Shown here piece by piece: positions 52,675 to 62,404 of a stretch of DNA of 64,000 nucleotides (position 1 is its first letter; each line of letters starts with the position of its first letter). The notes beneath the pieces are model-generated. The model had not been told where the DNA came from. It ran no database searches and saw nothing but the letters and a program-made list of their open reading frames with translations. Made by a program: the position numbers and the translations under genes. The stretch is from Gammaproteobacteria bacterium (GTDB lineage: Bacteria > Pseudomonadota > Gammaproteobacteria > Eutrophobiales > Eutrophobiaceae): positions 73,666 to 137,665 of the forward strand of contig SCUJ01000010.1 in the NCBI GenBank assembly GCA_004297165.1. Reading direction: 5' to 3'.

Positions 52675-54801
52675 ATGCCCACCCCACGATCCAAACGTGA
52701 TCTGACTCTGAACGGGACTGTAATCAGCGCCTGTCCGCACGATTGTCCCGACGCATGCAGCATCATCACGACGATCGAGAACGGCCGCCTGGCGAAAATC
52801 TCCGGCAATCCCAATCATCCGGTAACACAGGGTTACATCTGCCGGAAATTCGCGGCGGCACCGGCGCGGATCTATGCCAAGGATCGCCTAATCCAGCCCC
52901 TGCGGCGTACAGGTAAAAAAGGCTCAGGCGAGTTTCGACGGATCTCCTGGCCCGAGGCGATCGAGGTCATCGCAGAGCGCTGGAAAAACGATATCCAGGA
53001 ACATGGGCCGTTCAGTATCGTGCCGTTCTATGGCTCGGGAACTGAGGGACTGATCAACGGGCGGATCGCCGGCAAGCGTTTCTTCAACCGTCTGGGGACC
53101 GTGCAACTCAACCGCACCATCTGCACCAAGAGCGGCCGGGAAGGTTATCGCTATACCATGGGCGCCTCAATGGGGGCCGATCCCACCGCGATCGTGGACA
53201 ATAAATTGATCATCGCCTGGGGTTGTAATACGCCCACGACCAGCATCCATCACCAGGGCTATCTGCACCAGGCGCGCCGGAACGGTGCTGTATACGCCGT
53301 CATCAACCCGGCAAGGATCCGGGGCGCAGAGAACGCGGATCATTTTCTGCAACCGCGTCCGGGCAGCGATGCCGCGCTCGCCCTGGGCATGATGCATGTC
53401 ATCATCAAGGAAAACCTCCATGATGCCGATTTCATCCGCGACTATACGCTGGGCTTTGAAGAGTTGCGGGGACGGGCCGAACAATATCCACCGGAGCGGG
53501 TCGCCGCTCTCACGGACATCCCCACTGACGTCATTGAAGAATTTGCAAGACTCTATGCCCGCTTGCGGCCTTCGTTCATCTACGTGGGTCCGGGCTGCCA
53601 GCGGCACAGTAACGGCGGGATGACCCTGCGCACACTGGCATGTCTGCCGGCCCTGGTCGGGGCTTGGCGCTGGCGCGGCAGCGGCCTGTATTTTCCCACC
53701 AGCACTATCTTCCCGGTCGAGACATCCTCACTGGAAGGCAGCGACCTCCGGCCCAATCCCCCGCGTCGCTATAACATGATTGGGCTTGCCGACCTGCTGG
53801 CGAATGAGGATCCGCCCGTCCGCAGTCTTTATGTTTTTAACGGCAACCCGGCAACGGTTTTATACGACCAGAACAAACTGCGAACACTCCTGGCGAGGGA
53901 GGAATTGTTTACCGTTGTGCATGAACAATACCTGACCGATACCGCCCGTTATGCGGATATCGTCCTGCCGGCGACCACGCAATTCGAGCAAGACGATATA
54001 TTATTTTCCTACTACCATCTGAGCGTCCTGCTGAACCGGCAGGCGATTGCGCCGGTGGGCGAATGCAAATCCAATCTGGAAACCTTCAGCTTGCTGACGG
54101 AGGCCATGGGATTCACCGATCCGTGTTTTCGACAAGACAGCGATGAAATCATCAACGATATTCTTTCTCTCGATCATCCCGCTCTCACGGGCATAACGCT
54201 CCCTGAATTGGAGAAATCCGGCTGGGCGAGAGCGAATCTTGGGGCCGCCCATGACTTCGTAAAGCAGGGACGCTTCCCGACTCCGTCCGGTCGAATTGAA
54301 TTTTTTTCCGGCACAATGCAACAGGCCGGCCATGATCCCCTGCCGGACTACATCCCGCCGCAAGAAAGCCGGGAGGCGACGCCGGACCTGTTTGCGCGCT
54401 ATCCCTTGTATTTCCTGACCTCGTCCGCGCGCGCCTCCCTCAATTCGAATTACGCCCAGCATAACGGCATACCTGCCGGCAAGGAGAAACCGCTGCTTTT
54501 CATCCATGCCGAAGATGCGAAAGCCCGGAATATAACCAACGGCGACCTGGTCTGCGTATTCAACGACCGCGGTCATTGTCATATCACGGCGGAGGTCGGC
54601 GACGCGGTGAGACCGGGTGTCGTCGCCTGCCCTGGACTCTGGTGGGACCATCAATATCCCGAAGGGGGCAATCCCAACCACACGACGCCGGATTTCACCG
54701 GGTCGATCGGGGGAGGCTCGGCATTCAATTCAAATCTCGTGAACGTGTGCCCTGTGCGAGAGGACGTTCAGCACGGAAAGAGATATGCCGTCCCGCGCTG
54801 A
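52675..54801 (+). CDS. Molybdopterin (Mo/W-bisPGD) oxidoreductase with N-terminal 4Fe-4S site, YyaE/MopB_3-like, no Tat signal
   Basis: CPHDCPDAC...GYIC, RISWPEA, RTIC, NGNP, TARYADIVLPATT, C-terminal dinucleotide-binding domain (HAEDA..RNI..GD.V.VFN.RG). Confidence 0.9.
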   Translation: MPTPRSKRDLTLNGTVISACPHDCPDACSIITTIENGRLAKISGNPNHPVTQGYICRKFAAAPARIYAKDRLIQPLRRTGKKGSGEFRRISWPEAIEVIAERWKNDIQEHGPFSIVPFYGSGTEGLINGRIAGKRFFNRLGTVQLNRTICTKSGREGYRYTMGASMGADPTAIVDNKLIIAWGCNTPTTSIHHQGYLHQARRNGAVYAVINPARIRGAENADHFLQPRPGSDAALALGMMHVIIKENLHDADFIRDYTLGFEELRGRAEQYPPERVAALTDIPTDVIEEFARLYARLRPSFIYVGPGCQRHSNGGMTLRTLACLPALVGAWRWRGSGLYFPTSTIFPVETSSLEGSDLRPNPPRRYNMIGLADLLANEDPPVRSLYVFNGNPATVLYDQNKLRTLLAREELFTVVHEQYLTDTARYADIVLPATTQFEQDDILFSYYHLSVLLNRQAIAPVGECKSNLETFSLLTEAMGFTDPCFRQDSDEIINDILSLDHPALTGITLPELEKSGWARANLGAAHDFVKQGRFPTPSGRIEFFSGTMQQAGHDPLPDYIPPQESREATPDLFARYPLYFLTSSARASLNSNYAQHNGIPAGKEKPLLFIHAEDAKARNITNGDLVCVFNDRGHCHITAEVGDAVRPGVVACPGLWWDHQYPEGGNPNHTTPDFTGSIGGGSAFNSNLVNVCPVREDVQHGKRYAVPR

Positions 54802-55624
54802 TCAAATAGAGCAGCCGGCCTGTTATCTGCACCGGGGCATCGATTGCGTCGAACTTTTCGACTACCCCGCGAATACCCTGCCCACCTTGCGCAAGACTCT
54901 CGTGCGCATGAGAAACAGCGGTTGCAGGACCTTGAGCTTCCATTCCCCGATGCCCAGACCGGATCACTACACCGATTCAGGTGTAGCCTGCACCTACCTG
55001 CATGAGGATTCAGCGAGACGCGAGATCTCGTTCGCCCTCCTGGAGGACACGTTGACGCATGCCAAGGATTGGGAGGCCGATTACGTCGTCACTCATTTAA
55101 CTTATGGCAAGACGGACACCCGCGACCCTGGGCGCGCCGCAGCGCTCGCCACCGCCGCCTGCGAACGTTTCGCCGCGCTGAGCCGCGCTCATGATCTGCC
55201 GATCGATATAGAATTCGCCGCCTACACGGCGGCCTTCAATACCGCCGCGCAATTTGCGGCGGCGGTCGCGCCCCATCCGGAATTGGGCCTCTGCATCGAT
55301 ACGGGTCATGCCATGTTGGGGGCGCGGCTCAACCGGAGGGATTATTTCGCGGATATCAGGGCGCTCGCCCCCCGCGCCAGATCCATGCATCTCTGGAATA
55401 CCCAGGGGGATGGCCCGGAACATATCCCCCTGCATCCGGCGCAATCCCCGGCCGAGGGCTGGATCGATCTGGAACAGACCCTGCGGATCGTCCTCGCGCA
55501 TAACCCGGAAATTAACCTCGTCTTCGAATATCCGATCGCAAAAGTCGACCGCCAAATCCAGTCGGGTTACGATTGGATAAAGACCATGAAAGCAGACATA
55601 CTTCGCAAGCAAACCAAACCTTGA
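54785..55624 (+). CDS. Metal-dependent TIM-barrel protein, xylose isomerase/AP endonuclease 2 superfamily
   Basis: SFHSP, VVTH, DIEF, CIDTGH, SMHLWN, EHIP, FEY. Confidence 0.8.
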   Translation: MPSRADQIEQPACYLHRGIDCVELFDYPANTLPTLRKTLVRMRNSGCRTLSFHSPMPRPDHYTDSGVACTYLHEDSARREISFALLEDTLTHAKDWEADYVVTHLTYGKTDTRDPGRAAALATAACERFAALSRAHDLPIDIEFAAYTAAFNTAAQFAAAVAPHPELGLCIDTGHAMLGARLNRRDYFADIRALAPRARSMHLWNTQGDGPEHIPLHPAQSPAEGWIDLEQTLRIVLAHNPEINLVFEYPIAKVDRQIQSGYDWIKTMKADILRKQTKP

Positions 55625-55645
55625 ATCACCCAGGATGAATACGCC

Positions 55646-57127
55646 ATGAAAGACTTTAAAGTGCTGTTGATCAACTGCAATACCATGTTGGATACCCTGG
55701 TAACCGCTGGCATCGGCATTCTCTCGGCCTGCTTGAAACAGGAAGGCATCGAGGTCAAGTTGTTCGACACGACCTTTTACCGGACGGCGGAACGCACCGG
55801 CGACGAGGCCCGCGCCTATGCCCTGCAGGTCAAGCCCACCAACTTCGAGGACCTGGGCATCATCCCGGAGAAGGGGGATGTCATCGAAGAATTCTCCAGG
55901 ACCGTGGCAGATTTCAAGCCGGATCTCATCGGCCTGTCCTGCATTGAAGTCACCTGGCCGCTGGGATTGAAACTCCTCAACGCCGTGCGCCATACCGGGA
56001 TACCCACGATTGTCGGCGGGGCCTATGCGACCTTCGGGGCGGACATCGTCATCCGACAACCAGCCGTGGACATGGTCTGCGTCGGCGAGGGCGAACAGGC
56101 GCTCACGGAATTGTGCCGCAAGCTGCGCAAGGGCGATGACATCGCACACATCAAGAATATCTGGGTGAAAAAGGACGGCAAACTGTTCAAGAATCCGATC
56201 CGCCCGGGTATGCCGATGAAGGAACTCCCGTTCCAGGATTGGGAACTCTATGACAAGCGGCGCTTCTGGAAGCCCATGGGCGGCAAGATATCCGTCACCG
56301 GCACCTTCGAGATGAACCGGGGTTGCCCCTACACCTGCACCTTCTGCATCAACTCCGGTTTTCATAATCTCTATGAAGGCGTTGGCGGCTATTATCGGGA
56401 GCAGGAAATCCCGCGGCTTATCGACGAAATGCTCGAAAAGAAGGAAGCCTACGATCTCGCCTTCGTCTATCTGGTCGCCGAGAGCTTCCTGACCACCAAC
56501 CACAGCCGCATAGAGGAATTCGGACGGCTGTATCCGCAGGTCGGTCTCCCGTTCTGGGTGGAGGCGCGGCCCGAGTCCATCAGCAAGGACAAAGTGGCCA
56601 TGTTGCGGGAGATCGGCTGCGAGGGCATCAGCGTCGGCGTCGAGAGCGGCAACGAGGACCTGCGCCGAAACAAACTCGGACGCAATCTGACGAATGAGCG
56701 CATCATTCAGGCCTTCGATCTGCTGGCGGACAGCAACATCCGGGTCAGCGCCAACAACATCATCGGCTTCCCGACCGAAACCCGGGAGATGATCTTCGAC
56801 ACGATCGAGCTGGATCGGCAGATCAACGTCAAAGGGGTGATGGTCAGCTTCTTCAGCCCCTACCGCGGTTGCACCCTGCGGGAGGTCTGTGAACTCGAAG
56901 GTTATCTGAAGGAAGAGGACATCGCGGGCGATTACCGCCTTGGGCCTTCGATGCGGATGCCGCAGATCAGCCCGGATGAACTCCTTGGCCTGCATCGCAC
57001 CTTCCCGCTCTATGTCAAATTCCCCAAGAGCGAATGGAAAACCATCCGATTGGCGGAACAGAACACCACGGCGGGAAACGCCGTTTACAAAGAGCTGGCG
57101 CAGCGATACATGAAAGAATTCATGTGA
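55646..57127 (+). CDS. Cobalamin-binding radical SAM enzyme (class B methyltransferase-like architecture)
   Basis: N-terminal B12-binding Rossmann domain (FKPDLIGLS, VGGAYAT, VGEGE), RGCPYTCTFC cluster motif, GVESG, IIGFPTET, FSPYRG. Confidence 0.92.
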   Translation: MKDFKVLLINCNTMLDTLVTAGIGILSACLKQEGIEVKLFDTTFYRTAERTGDEARAYALQVKPTNFEDLGIIPEKGDVIEEFSRTVADFKPDLIGLSCIEVTWPLGLKLLNAVRHTGIPTIVGGAYATFGADIVIRQPAVDMVCVGEGEQALTELCRKLRKGDDIAHIKNIWVKKDGKLFKNPIRPGMPMKELPFQDWELYDKRRFWKPMGGKISVTGTFEMNRGCPYTCTFCINSGFHNLYEGVGGYYREQEIPRLIDEMLEKKEAYDLAFVYLVAESFLTTNHSRIEEFGRLYPQVGLPFWVEARPESISKDKVAMLREIGCEGISVGVESGNEDLRRNKLGRNLTNERIIQAFDLLADSNIRVSANNIIGFPTETREMIFDTIELDRQINVKGVMVSFFSPYRGCTLREVCELEGYLKEEDIAGDYRLGPSMRMPQISPDELLGLHRTFPLYVKFPKSEWKTIRLAEQNTTAGNAVYKELAQRYMKEFM

Positions 57128-57165
57128 CCAGCCGCCTTAATTGTTCACCGCGCGGGCAATAGCGA

Positions 57166-58068
57166 ATGGCCAGGATCGCCTTCATCGGTATTGGCAGCAT
57201 GGGCAAAGGGATGGCCCGCCGTCTCCTCGATAAGGGGCATGAGGTCCTGATCCATAACCGCAGCAAGACAAAGGCGCAGACCCTGGAGGTGGCAGGCGGC
57301 AGCATCATGGATTCCCCGGCAGCCGCGGCAGCCTCCGCCGAATTCATCTTCTCCATGGTGGCGGATGATGAGGCATCCCGGCAGGTCTGGCTGGGACCTG
57401 AAGGCATCCTGGCCGGCCGGCCAAAGGCCGGGGCCATCGGCGTGGAGTGTTCCACCTTATCCCATGACTGGATCCTGGAATTGAATGGACGGGTCACCGG
57501 CGTTGGCCTGCGCTTCATGGATTGTCCGGTGACAGGAGGCCCCGATGGCGCTGAAAAGGGGACCTTGAAGGTGCTCGCAGGCGCCGATCCCGTGACCCTG
57601 GCGGAAAGTACGCCTGTCCTCCGCGGATTCGCGGAAGAGATCATCCATTTCGGGCCGGTCGGCAGCGGCACATGCTACAAGCTGATCGTCAACCTGATGG
57701 GCGCGGCCCAAGCCGCGTCCCTGGCGGAGGGACTGCTGCTCGCCGAACGCGCGGGACTCGATCTCGAAACAGTGGGTTATGCCCTCGGCAAGGGAACCGT
57801 GTCCAGCCCCCATGTAAAATATCTCATCCCGCGCATGATCCATGCGGATCACGATGACATCTACTATCCGGCCTCGCTCCGCTGCAAGGATGCGGCGTGC
57901 GCACTTGCGCTCGCGGCCAAAAATCAGTTGGATCTGCCGGGTTCGAACAGCGCCGCGGATTTATACCGGCGCGCAGTGGCCGCCGGCCTGGGCGAGAAGA
58001 ATTCGAGCATCATCCTGGAGGTCTTGCGGACCGCGCAGCCCAGCGCGGGCAGGGACAAATCCGGATAA
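57166..58068 (+). CDS. NAD(P)-dependent oxidoreductase, beta-hydroxyacid dehydrogenase family
   Basis: GIGSMG, HNRS, DCPVTGG, GTCYKLIVN, KD in C-terminal domain. Confidence 0.88.
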   Translation: MARIAFIGIGSMGKGMARRLLDKGHEVLIHNRSKTKAQTLEVAGGSIMDSPAAAAASAEFIFSMVADDEASRQVWLGPEGILAGRPKAGAIGVECSTLSHDWILELNGRVTGVGLRFMDCPVTGGPDGAEKGTLKVLAGADPVTLAESTPVLRGFAEEIIHFGPVGSGTCYKLIVNLMGAAQAASLAEGLLLAERAGLDLETVGYALGKGTVSSPHVKYLIPRMIHADHDDIYYPASLRCKDAACALALAAKNQLDLPGSNSAADLYRRAVAAGLGEKNSSIILEVLRTAQPSAGRDKSG

Positions 58069-58190
58069 TCGACCTGGCAGGGGGATACTTACCCGTTGCC
58101 GCGGTTTGCTTGTATACTTCAAACAGCCTTGAGGAAGCCACTCATCGCTTCACAGAGACGTACTCATCACTCTGACCGGGAAACGCTTGC

Positions 58191-58580
58191 ATGACCGACC
58201 TGCGACAAAATCCCAGGATCCCCGAGAAGGCGGAGATCTCCGTACGGATTGAAACCGCGCCCGAGATGAAAAACCTCGAAGGCCGGGTATTCACTTCGAA
58301 CTCTGTCGATATATCCCTCGGCGGACTGCAAATGCTCGTGGAATTTCCGGTCCCGGTGGGTGCGGCGCTCGAATTGAAAGTCACCTTTCACGATTCCGCG
58401 AAGACCTACCGGCACAAGGGCATGGTGATCTGGGACGATGAGTTGGATCCCCGGGGAACCCAGCCGCCAATGCACAAGGTGGGCGTGCAGTTCAATACCC
58501 TGGATAACCCGCAATTTTTTGCCTGGCGGGCCGCAGTTTCCGAATTGCTGGACAAGAATCCGGATATCGGGGCTGCCTGA
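58191..58580 (+). CDS. Single-domain PilZ protein (c-di-GMP receptor)
   Basis: RQNPR (RxxxR), DISLGG (D/NxSxxG), VGVQF. Confidence 0.85.
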   Translation: MTDLRQNPRIPEKAEISVRIETAPEMKNLEGRVFTSNSVDISLGGLQMLVEFPVPVGAALELKVTFHDSAKTYRHKGMVIWDDELDPRGTQPPMHKVGVQFNTLDNPQFFAWRAAVSELLDKNPDIGAA

Positions 58581-58689
58581 TTGACATGACACATATCCCG
58601 CCTCAAATTCGGGCGGACACAGCCATTTTGAGATGGGTTCTGACTGAAAACGGATGACCATCCCTGTCTGTTGTAGAGGAGAAAGCAAA

Positions 58690-60369
58690 TTGCGCATTTT
58701 ACTGACCCTGGTTCTGTTCTTCGTCTTTCAGGCGCAGGCCGCGAATCCCGCGGCGGTTCGCGCCGAACACGGCATGGTCGTCTCGCGCTCGGCGCTTGCC
58801 TCGCAAGCGGGCGTGGCGATAATGAAATCCGGCGGCAACGCCATCGATGCCGCGGTCGCGACCGGCTTTGCGCTTGCCGTCGCCTATCCCTCCGCTGGCA
58901 ATCTGGGCGGCGGTGGCCTCGCCGTCATCCGGCTCGCAGATGGCACAGTCGTTACACTCGATCATCGGGAAACCGCCCCCGGCAAGGCCAGTCGTGACAT
59001 GTTTCTCGATGGGAACGGCGCTGTCATACCGGGGATGTCGCGCCAGAGTCATGCCGCCTCCGGCGTCCCGGGGACCGTTGACGGCCTGCTCGTCCTGCTG
59101 GAGAAATATGGCACGAAGACCCGTCAGGAGGTCATGGCGGAGGCCATCCGGCTGGCGCGGGACGGATTCCCGTTATCGAAGGACATGGCCGACCAGTTTG
59201 CCGAGGTCCTGGGCGCCATGCGTAATTACCCGGCCTCGCTCGCGATATTCACCAGAAACGGCGAGCCCTACCGGGAAGGCGATATCTGGAAGCAACCGGA
59301 CCTCGCACAGACGCTGGAACGGATCGCCGAAGAGGGACGGGACGGCTTTTATAAGGGCAGGGTCGCGGATCTCATCGTCGCGGAGATGGGACGCGGCAAC
59401 GGACTGATATCGCTGGAGGACCTCGCGAATTACCGCTCGGTCTGGCGCGAACCGATCCATGGCGCCTATCGCGGCCACGAGATATGGGGTATGCCGCCGC
59501 CCTCATCGGGCGGGGTATTGATCGTCGAGATGCTGAACATGCTGGAACCCCATGATCTCGCCGGCCTGAGCCGGGACAGTGCCCCCGCCATCCATCTCAT
59601 GATAGAGGCGGAGCGCCGCGCCTACGCGGACCGATCCGAACACCTCGGGGACCCCGACTTCTTCCCCGTGCCGATCGCCAAACTGCTATCCAAGGACTAC
59701 GCGCGGGGACGCTTCGCCGACTTCCGGGTGGACCAGGCCAGCCCCAGCGAGACCATCGCCGCCGGCAAGTGGCCTGCGGAGAGCCTTGAGACCACCCATT
59801 TCTCCGTCGTGGACGCCGCGGGCAATGCCGTCGCCCTCACCACCACCCTGAACAGCGGCTTCGGCAACCGGATCGTGGTAACCGGGGCCGGCTTCCTGCT
59901 GAACAACGAGATGGACGACTTTTCCATCAAGGAAAACACCGCCAATCAATACGGTCTCATCGGCCGCGAGGCGAACTCCATCGAGTCCGGGAAACGGATG
60001 CTGAGTTCCATGTCCCCGACCATCGTCACCAAAGATGACAAACCTTTTCTCATCACCGGTTCGCCGGGCGGCTCGACCATCATCACCACGGTATTGCAGG
60101 TCATCGTCAACGTGATTGACCACGGCATGAACATTGCCGATGCCGTCGCCAGACCCCGGTATCATCACCAGTGGCAACCCGACAGCGTCATGTACGACGC
60201 CGGTGCGATCCCGCCCGAGACCATCAAGTCCCTGGAGGCCATGGGCCACAAGGGCTTTCGCATGTTCCCCTTCGGCGGGCTCGGCGACGCCAATTCCATT
60301 TTGATCGAGGATGGCGAATTGCACGGCATGAAGGACCCGCGCAACGAAGGCCTGGCGGCCGGCTACTAA
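58690..60369 (+). CDS. ggt: Gamma-glutamyltransferase
   Basis: GGNAIDAAVA, GNLGGGG, DHRETAP, PPPSSGG, ETTHFS processing site, MLSSMSPT, GSPGG; start 58690 (TTG) or 58654. Confidence 0.97.
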   Translation: MRILLTLVLFFVFQAQAANPAAVRAEHGMVVSRSALASQAGVAIMKSGGNAIDAAVATGFALAVAYPSAGNLGGGGLAVIRLADGTVVTLDHRETAPGKASRDMFLDGNGAVIPGMSRQSHAASGVPGTVDGLLVLLEKYGTKTRQEVMAEAIRLARDGFPLSKDMADQFAEVLGAMRNYPASLAIFTRNGEPYREGDIWKQPDLAQTLERIAEEGRDGFYKGRVADLIVAEMGRGNGLISLEDLANYRSVWREPIHGAYRGHEIWGMPPPSSGGVLIVEMLNMLEPHDLAGLSRDSAPAIHLMIEAERRAYADRSEHLGDPDFFPVPIAKLLSKDYARGRFADFRVDQASPSETIAAGKWPAESLETTHFSVVDAAGNAVALTTTLNSGFGNRIVVTGAGFLLNNEMDDFSIKENTANQYGLIGREANSIESGKRMLSSMSPTIVTKDDKPFLITGSPGGSTIITTVLQVIVNVIDHGMNIADAVARPRYHHQWQPDSVMYDAGAIPPETIKSLEAMGHKGFRMFPFGGLGDANSILIEDGELHGMKDPRNEGLAAGY

Positions 60370-60446
60370 ACCCCCATATCGCGGAAGACCGGCTATATTT
60401 TCCGGTTGAATGTTCTCCGAAGGTACTCTTATACTCCGGTGTCCCT

Positions 60447-61742
60447 ATGGTGGACACGACGCAAACCGCATTCTGGCCGCGGGCCATCGCCCTGGTGGAC
60501 ATGAATGCCTTCTTCGCCTCGATCGAACAGCACGACGATCCGGCGCTCTACGGGCGGCCCGTGGCCGTGACCAACGGCCTGACCGGCACCTGCATCATCA
60601 CCTGCTCCTACGAGGCACGGGCCTGCGGCATCCATACCGGCATGCGGATCCGGGAGGCCCGGCAGCTCTGTCCTGAGCTGGTGCAGCGCCCGGCCAATCC
60701 GGAGCGCTACGCCCAGGTGTCCACGAACATCATGGCGGCCCTGGGGGAGATCACCCCGGATCTCGAGGTCTTTTCCGTGGACGAGGCCTTTCTGGACGTC
60801 ACCCGCTGCCAGCGGCTCTGGGGCCCGCCACCGCAGATCGCCCGGCTGATCAAACAGCGGGTATTCCGGGTCTCCGGGGTACGCTGTTCGGTGGGCATGA
60901 GCGGGGACAAGACCACCGCCAAATACGCCGCCAAGCTGCAGAAACCCGACGGCCTCACCCTGATCCCGCCGTGGCAGTCCCGCGCGCGGCTGCGGGACGT
61001 CCCGGTGACCGAGCTCTGCGGCATCAACCATGGAATTGGCGGCTTTCTGGCCGCACGCGGCGTCTTCACCTGCGGCGACATGGCCAGGCTGCCCATCAGC
61101 GTGCTGGCGCGGCGTTTCGGCAATCCCGGCCGCCGCATCTGGTACATGTGCCGCGGCGAGGACCCGGACCAGGTGTCAGGCCAGGTCAAACCCCCGCAAA
61201 CCATCGGCCACGGGAAGGTGGTCCCGCCGGACACCCGCGATCGCGATCTGCTCCTCACCTATCTGCTGCACATGGCGGAAAAGGTGGCCGCGCGATTGCG
61301 CCGCCATGCCATGCGGGCCGGGCTGTATTTCATCGGTGTGCGCTGCCGGGACGGCTGGGTCGGAGACCGATTCAGGACGGCCATTCCGGTCAACGACAGC
61401 CGGCCGCTCGGCGGCCTCTGCCAGACAATGCTGCGCCGCTGCTGGCGCGGCGAGGGGGTGTTTCAGGTCCACGTGGTGGCGCTGGACCCCGCCTCTGTCA
61501 CCGGCCAGATTGACCTGTTCGCGGAGGAGCACGCGCAAGCCCGGCGCCGCAACCAGGCGCTGGATCAGATCAATGAGCGCTTCGGCGAATTCACCATCGC
61601 CCCGGCGAAATTATTGCGCCGCTCCGACATGCCGAATGTCATCGCCCCGGCCTGGAAACCCTACGGGCACCGGCAGACCATCCCGTCCACCCGGCCGCGG
61701 CGCCCGCCGGCATCCGGAAAACTCCCTGAACTGGATTGGTAA
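60447..61742 (+). CDS. dinB: Y-family DNA polymerase, DinB/Pol IV-like
   Basis: LVDMNAFFASIEQ, CSYEAR..GI..GM, SVDEAFLD, KTTAK.A..LQKPDG, QIDLF clamp-binding motif. Confidence 0.85.
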   Translation: MVDTTQTAFWPRAIALVDMNAFFASIEQHDDPALYGRPVAVTNGLTGTCIITCSYEARACGIHTGMRIREARQLCPELVQRPANPERYAQVSTNIMAALGEITPDLEVFSVDEAFLDVTRCQRLWGPPPQIARLIKQRVFRVSGVRCSVGMSGDKTTAKYAAKLQKPDGLTLIPPWQSRARLRDVPVTELCGINHGIGGFLAARGVFTCGDMARLPISVLARRFGNPGRRIWYMCRGEDPDQVSGQVKPPQTIGHGKVVPPDTRDRDLLLTYLLHMAEKVAARLRRHAMRAGLYFIGVRCRDGWVGDRFRTAIPVNDSRPLGGLCQTMLRRCWRGEGVFQVHVVALDPASVTGQIDLFAEEHAQARRRNQALDQINERFGEFTIAPAKLLRRSDMPNVIAPAWKPYGHRQTIPSTRPRRPPASGKLPELDW

Positions 61743-61745
61743 AGG

Positions 61746-62390
61746 CTAGGGAGCGAGCCGCTCCATCCGCCAGCCGCCTGCCGCCATGCGCCGGTAACGG
61801 ATCCGATCGTGCAGGCGGCTCTCGCGCCCCTGCCAGAATTCGACGGACTCCGGCACGACGCGGTAACCGATCCATTCCGGCGGACGCGGGACGGGCCTGC
61901 CGCCGTACTGCTGTTCGAGTTCCCGCATCTTCCCTTCCAGGATCTCCCGGTCGGCGATCACGCTGCTCTGCGCCGAGGCCCAGGCGCCGAGGCGGCTGGC
62001 GTAGGGACGCGACTGGAAGTAGTCATCCGCCTCGGCGGCGCTGACCTGGGCAACGGCGCCGGCGATGCGCACCTGGCGATCGAGGATCGCCCAGTAGAAC
62101 ATCAGGGTCGCCCGCGGGTTTTCCGCGAGCTGCCGACCTTTGGGGCTTTGGGCGTTGCTGTAAAAGACAAACCCGTTGTCGTCGAAATCCTTCAACAGGA
62201 CCATGCGCACGTCCGGCATGCCGTCGCTGCCGGAGGTGGCCAGCGACATGGCATTGGGCAGATCGATGCCGGCCTGTCCCGCGGCCTCGTACCAGCGCGC
62301 GAACTGCGCGAAGGGATCGGCGGCGAGATCCGCCTCGTTCATGGAGGCATAAAGGTATTCACGGCGAATTTGGGAGATATCCTTGTTCAT
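61746..62390 (-). CDS. pdxH: Pyridoxamine 5'-phosphate oxidase
   Basis: IRREY, RMVLLK, SPKGRQL, RQVRI, YFQSRP, EFWQGRESRLHDR. Confidence 0.97.
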   Translation of the reverse strand: MNKDISQIRREYLYASMNEADLAADPFAQFARWYEAAGQAGIDLPNAMSLATSGSDGMPDVRMVLLKDFDDNGFVFYSNAQSPKGRQLAENPRATLMFYWAILDRQVRIAGAVAQVSAAEADDYFQSRPYASRLGAWASAQSSVIADREILEGKMRELEQQYGGRPVPRPPEWIGYRVVPESVEFWQGRESRLHDRIRYRRMAAGGWRMERLAP

Positions 62391-62404
62391 ATGATTAATA
62401 CTCG

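Noticed and set aside
55097-56995. 632-aa minus-strand ORF and similar long antisense ORFs (4400-5725, 32512-33873, 11145-12158)
   Set aside because: Shadow frames of GC-rich genes that have clear motifs on the other strand
60447-61742. ImuB of an imuABC mutasome
   Set aside because: Catalytic residues are intact and imuA/dnaE2 are not adjacent
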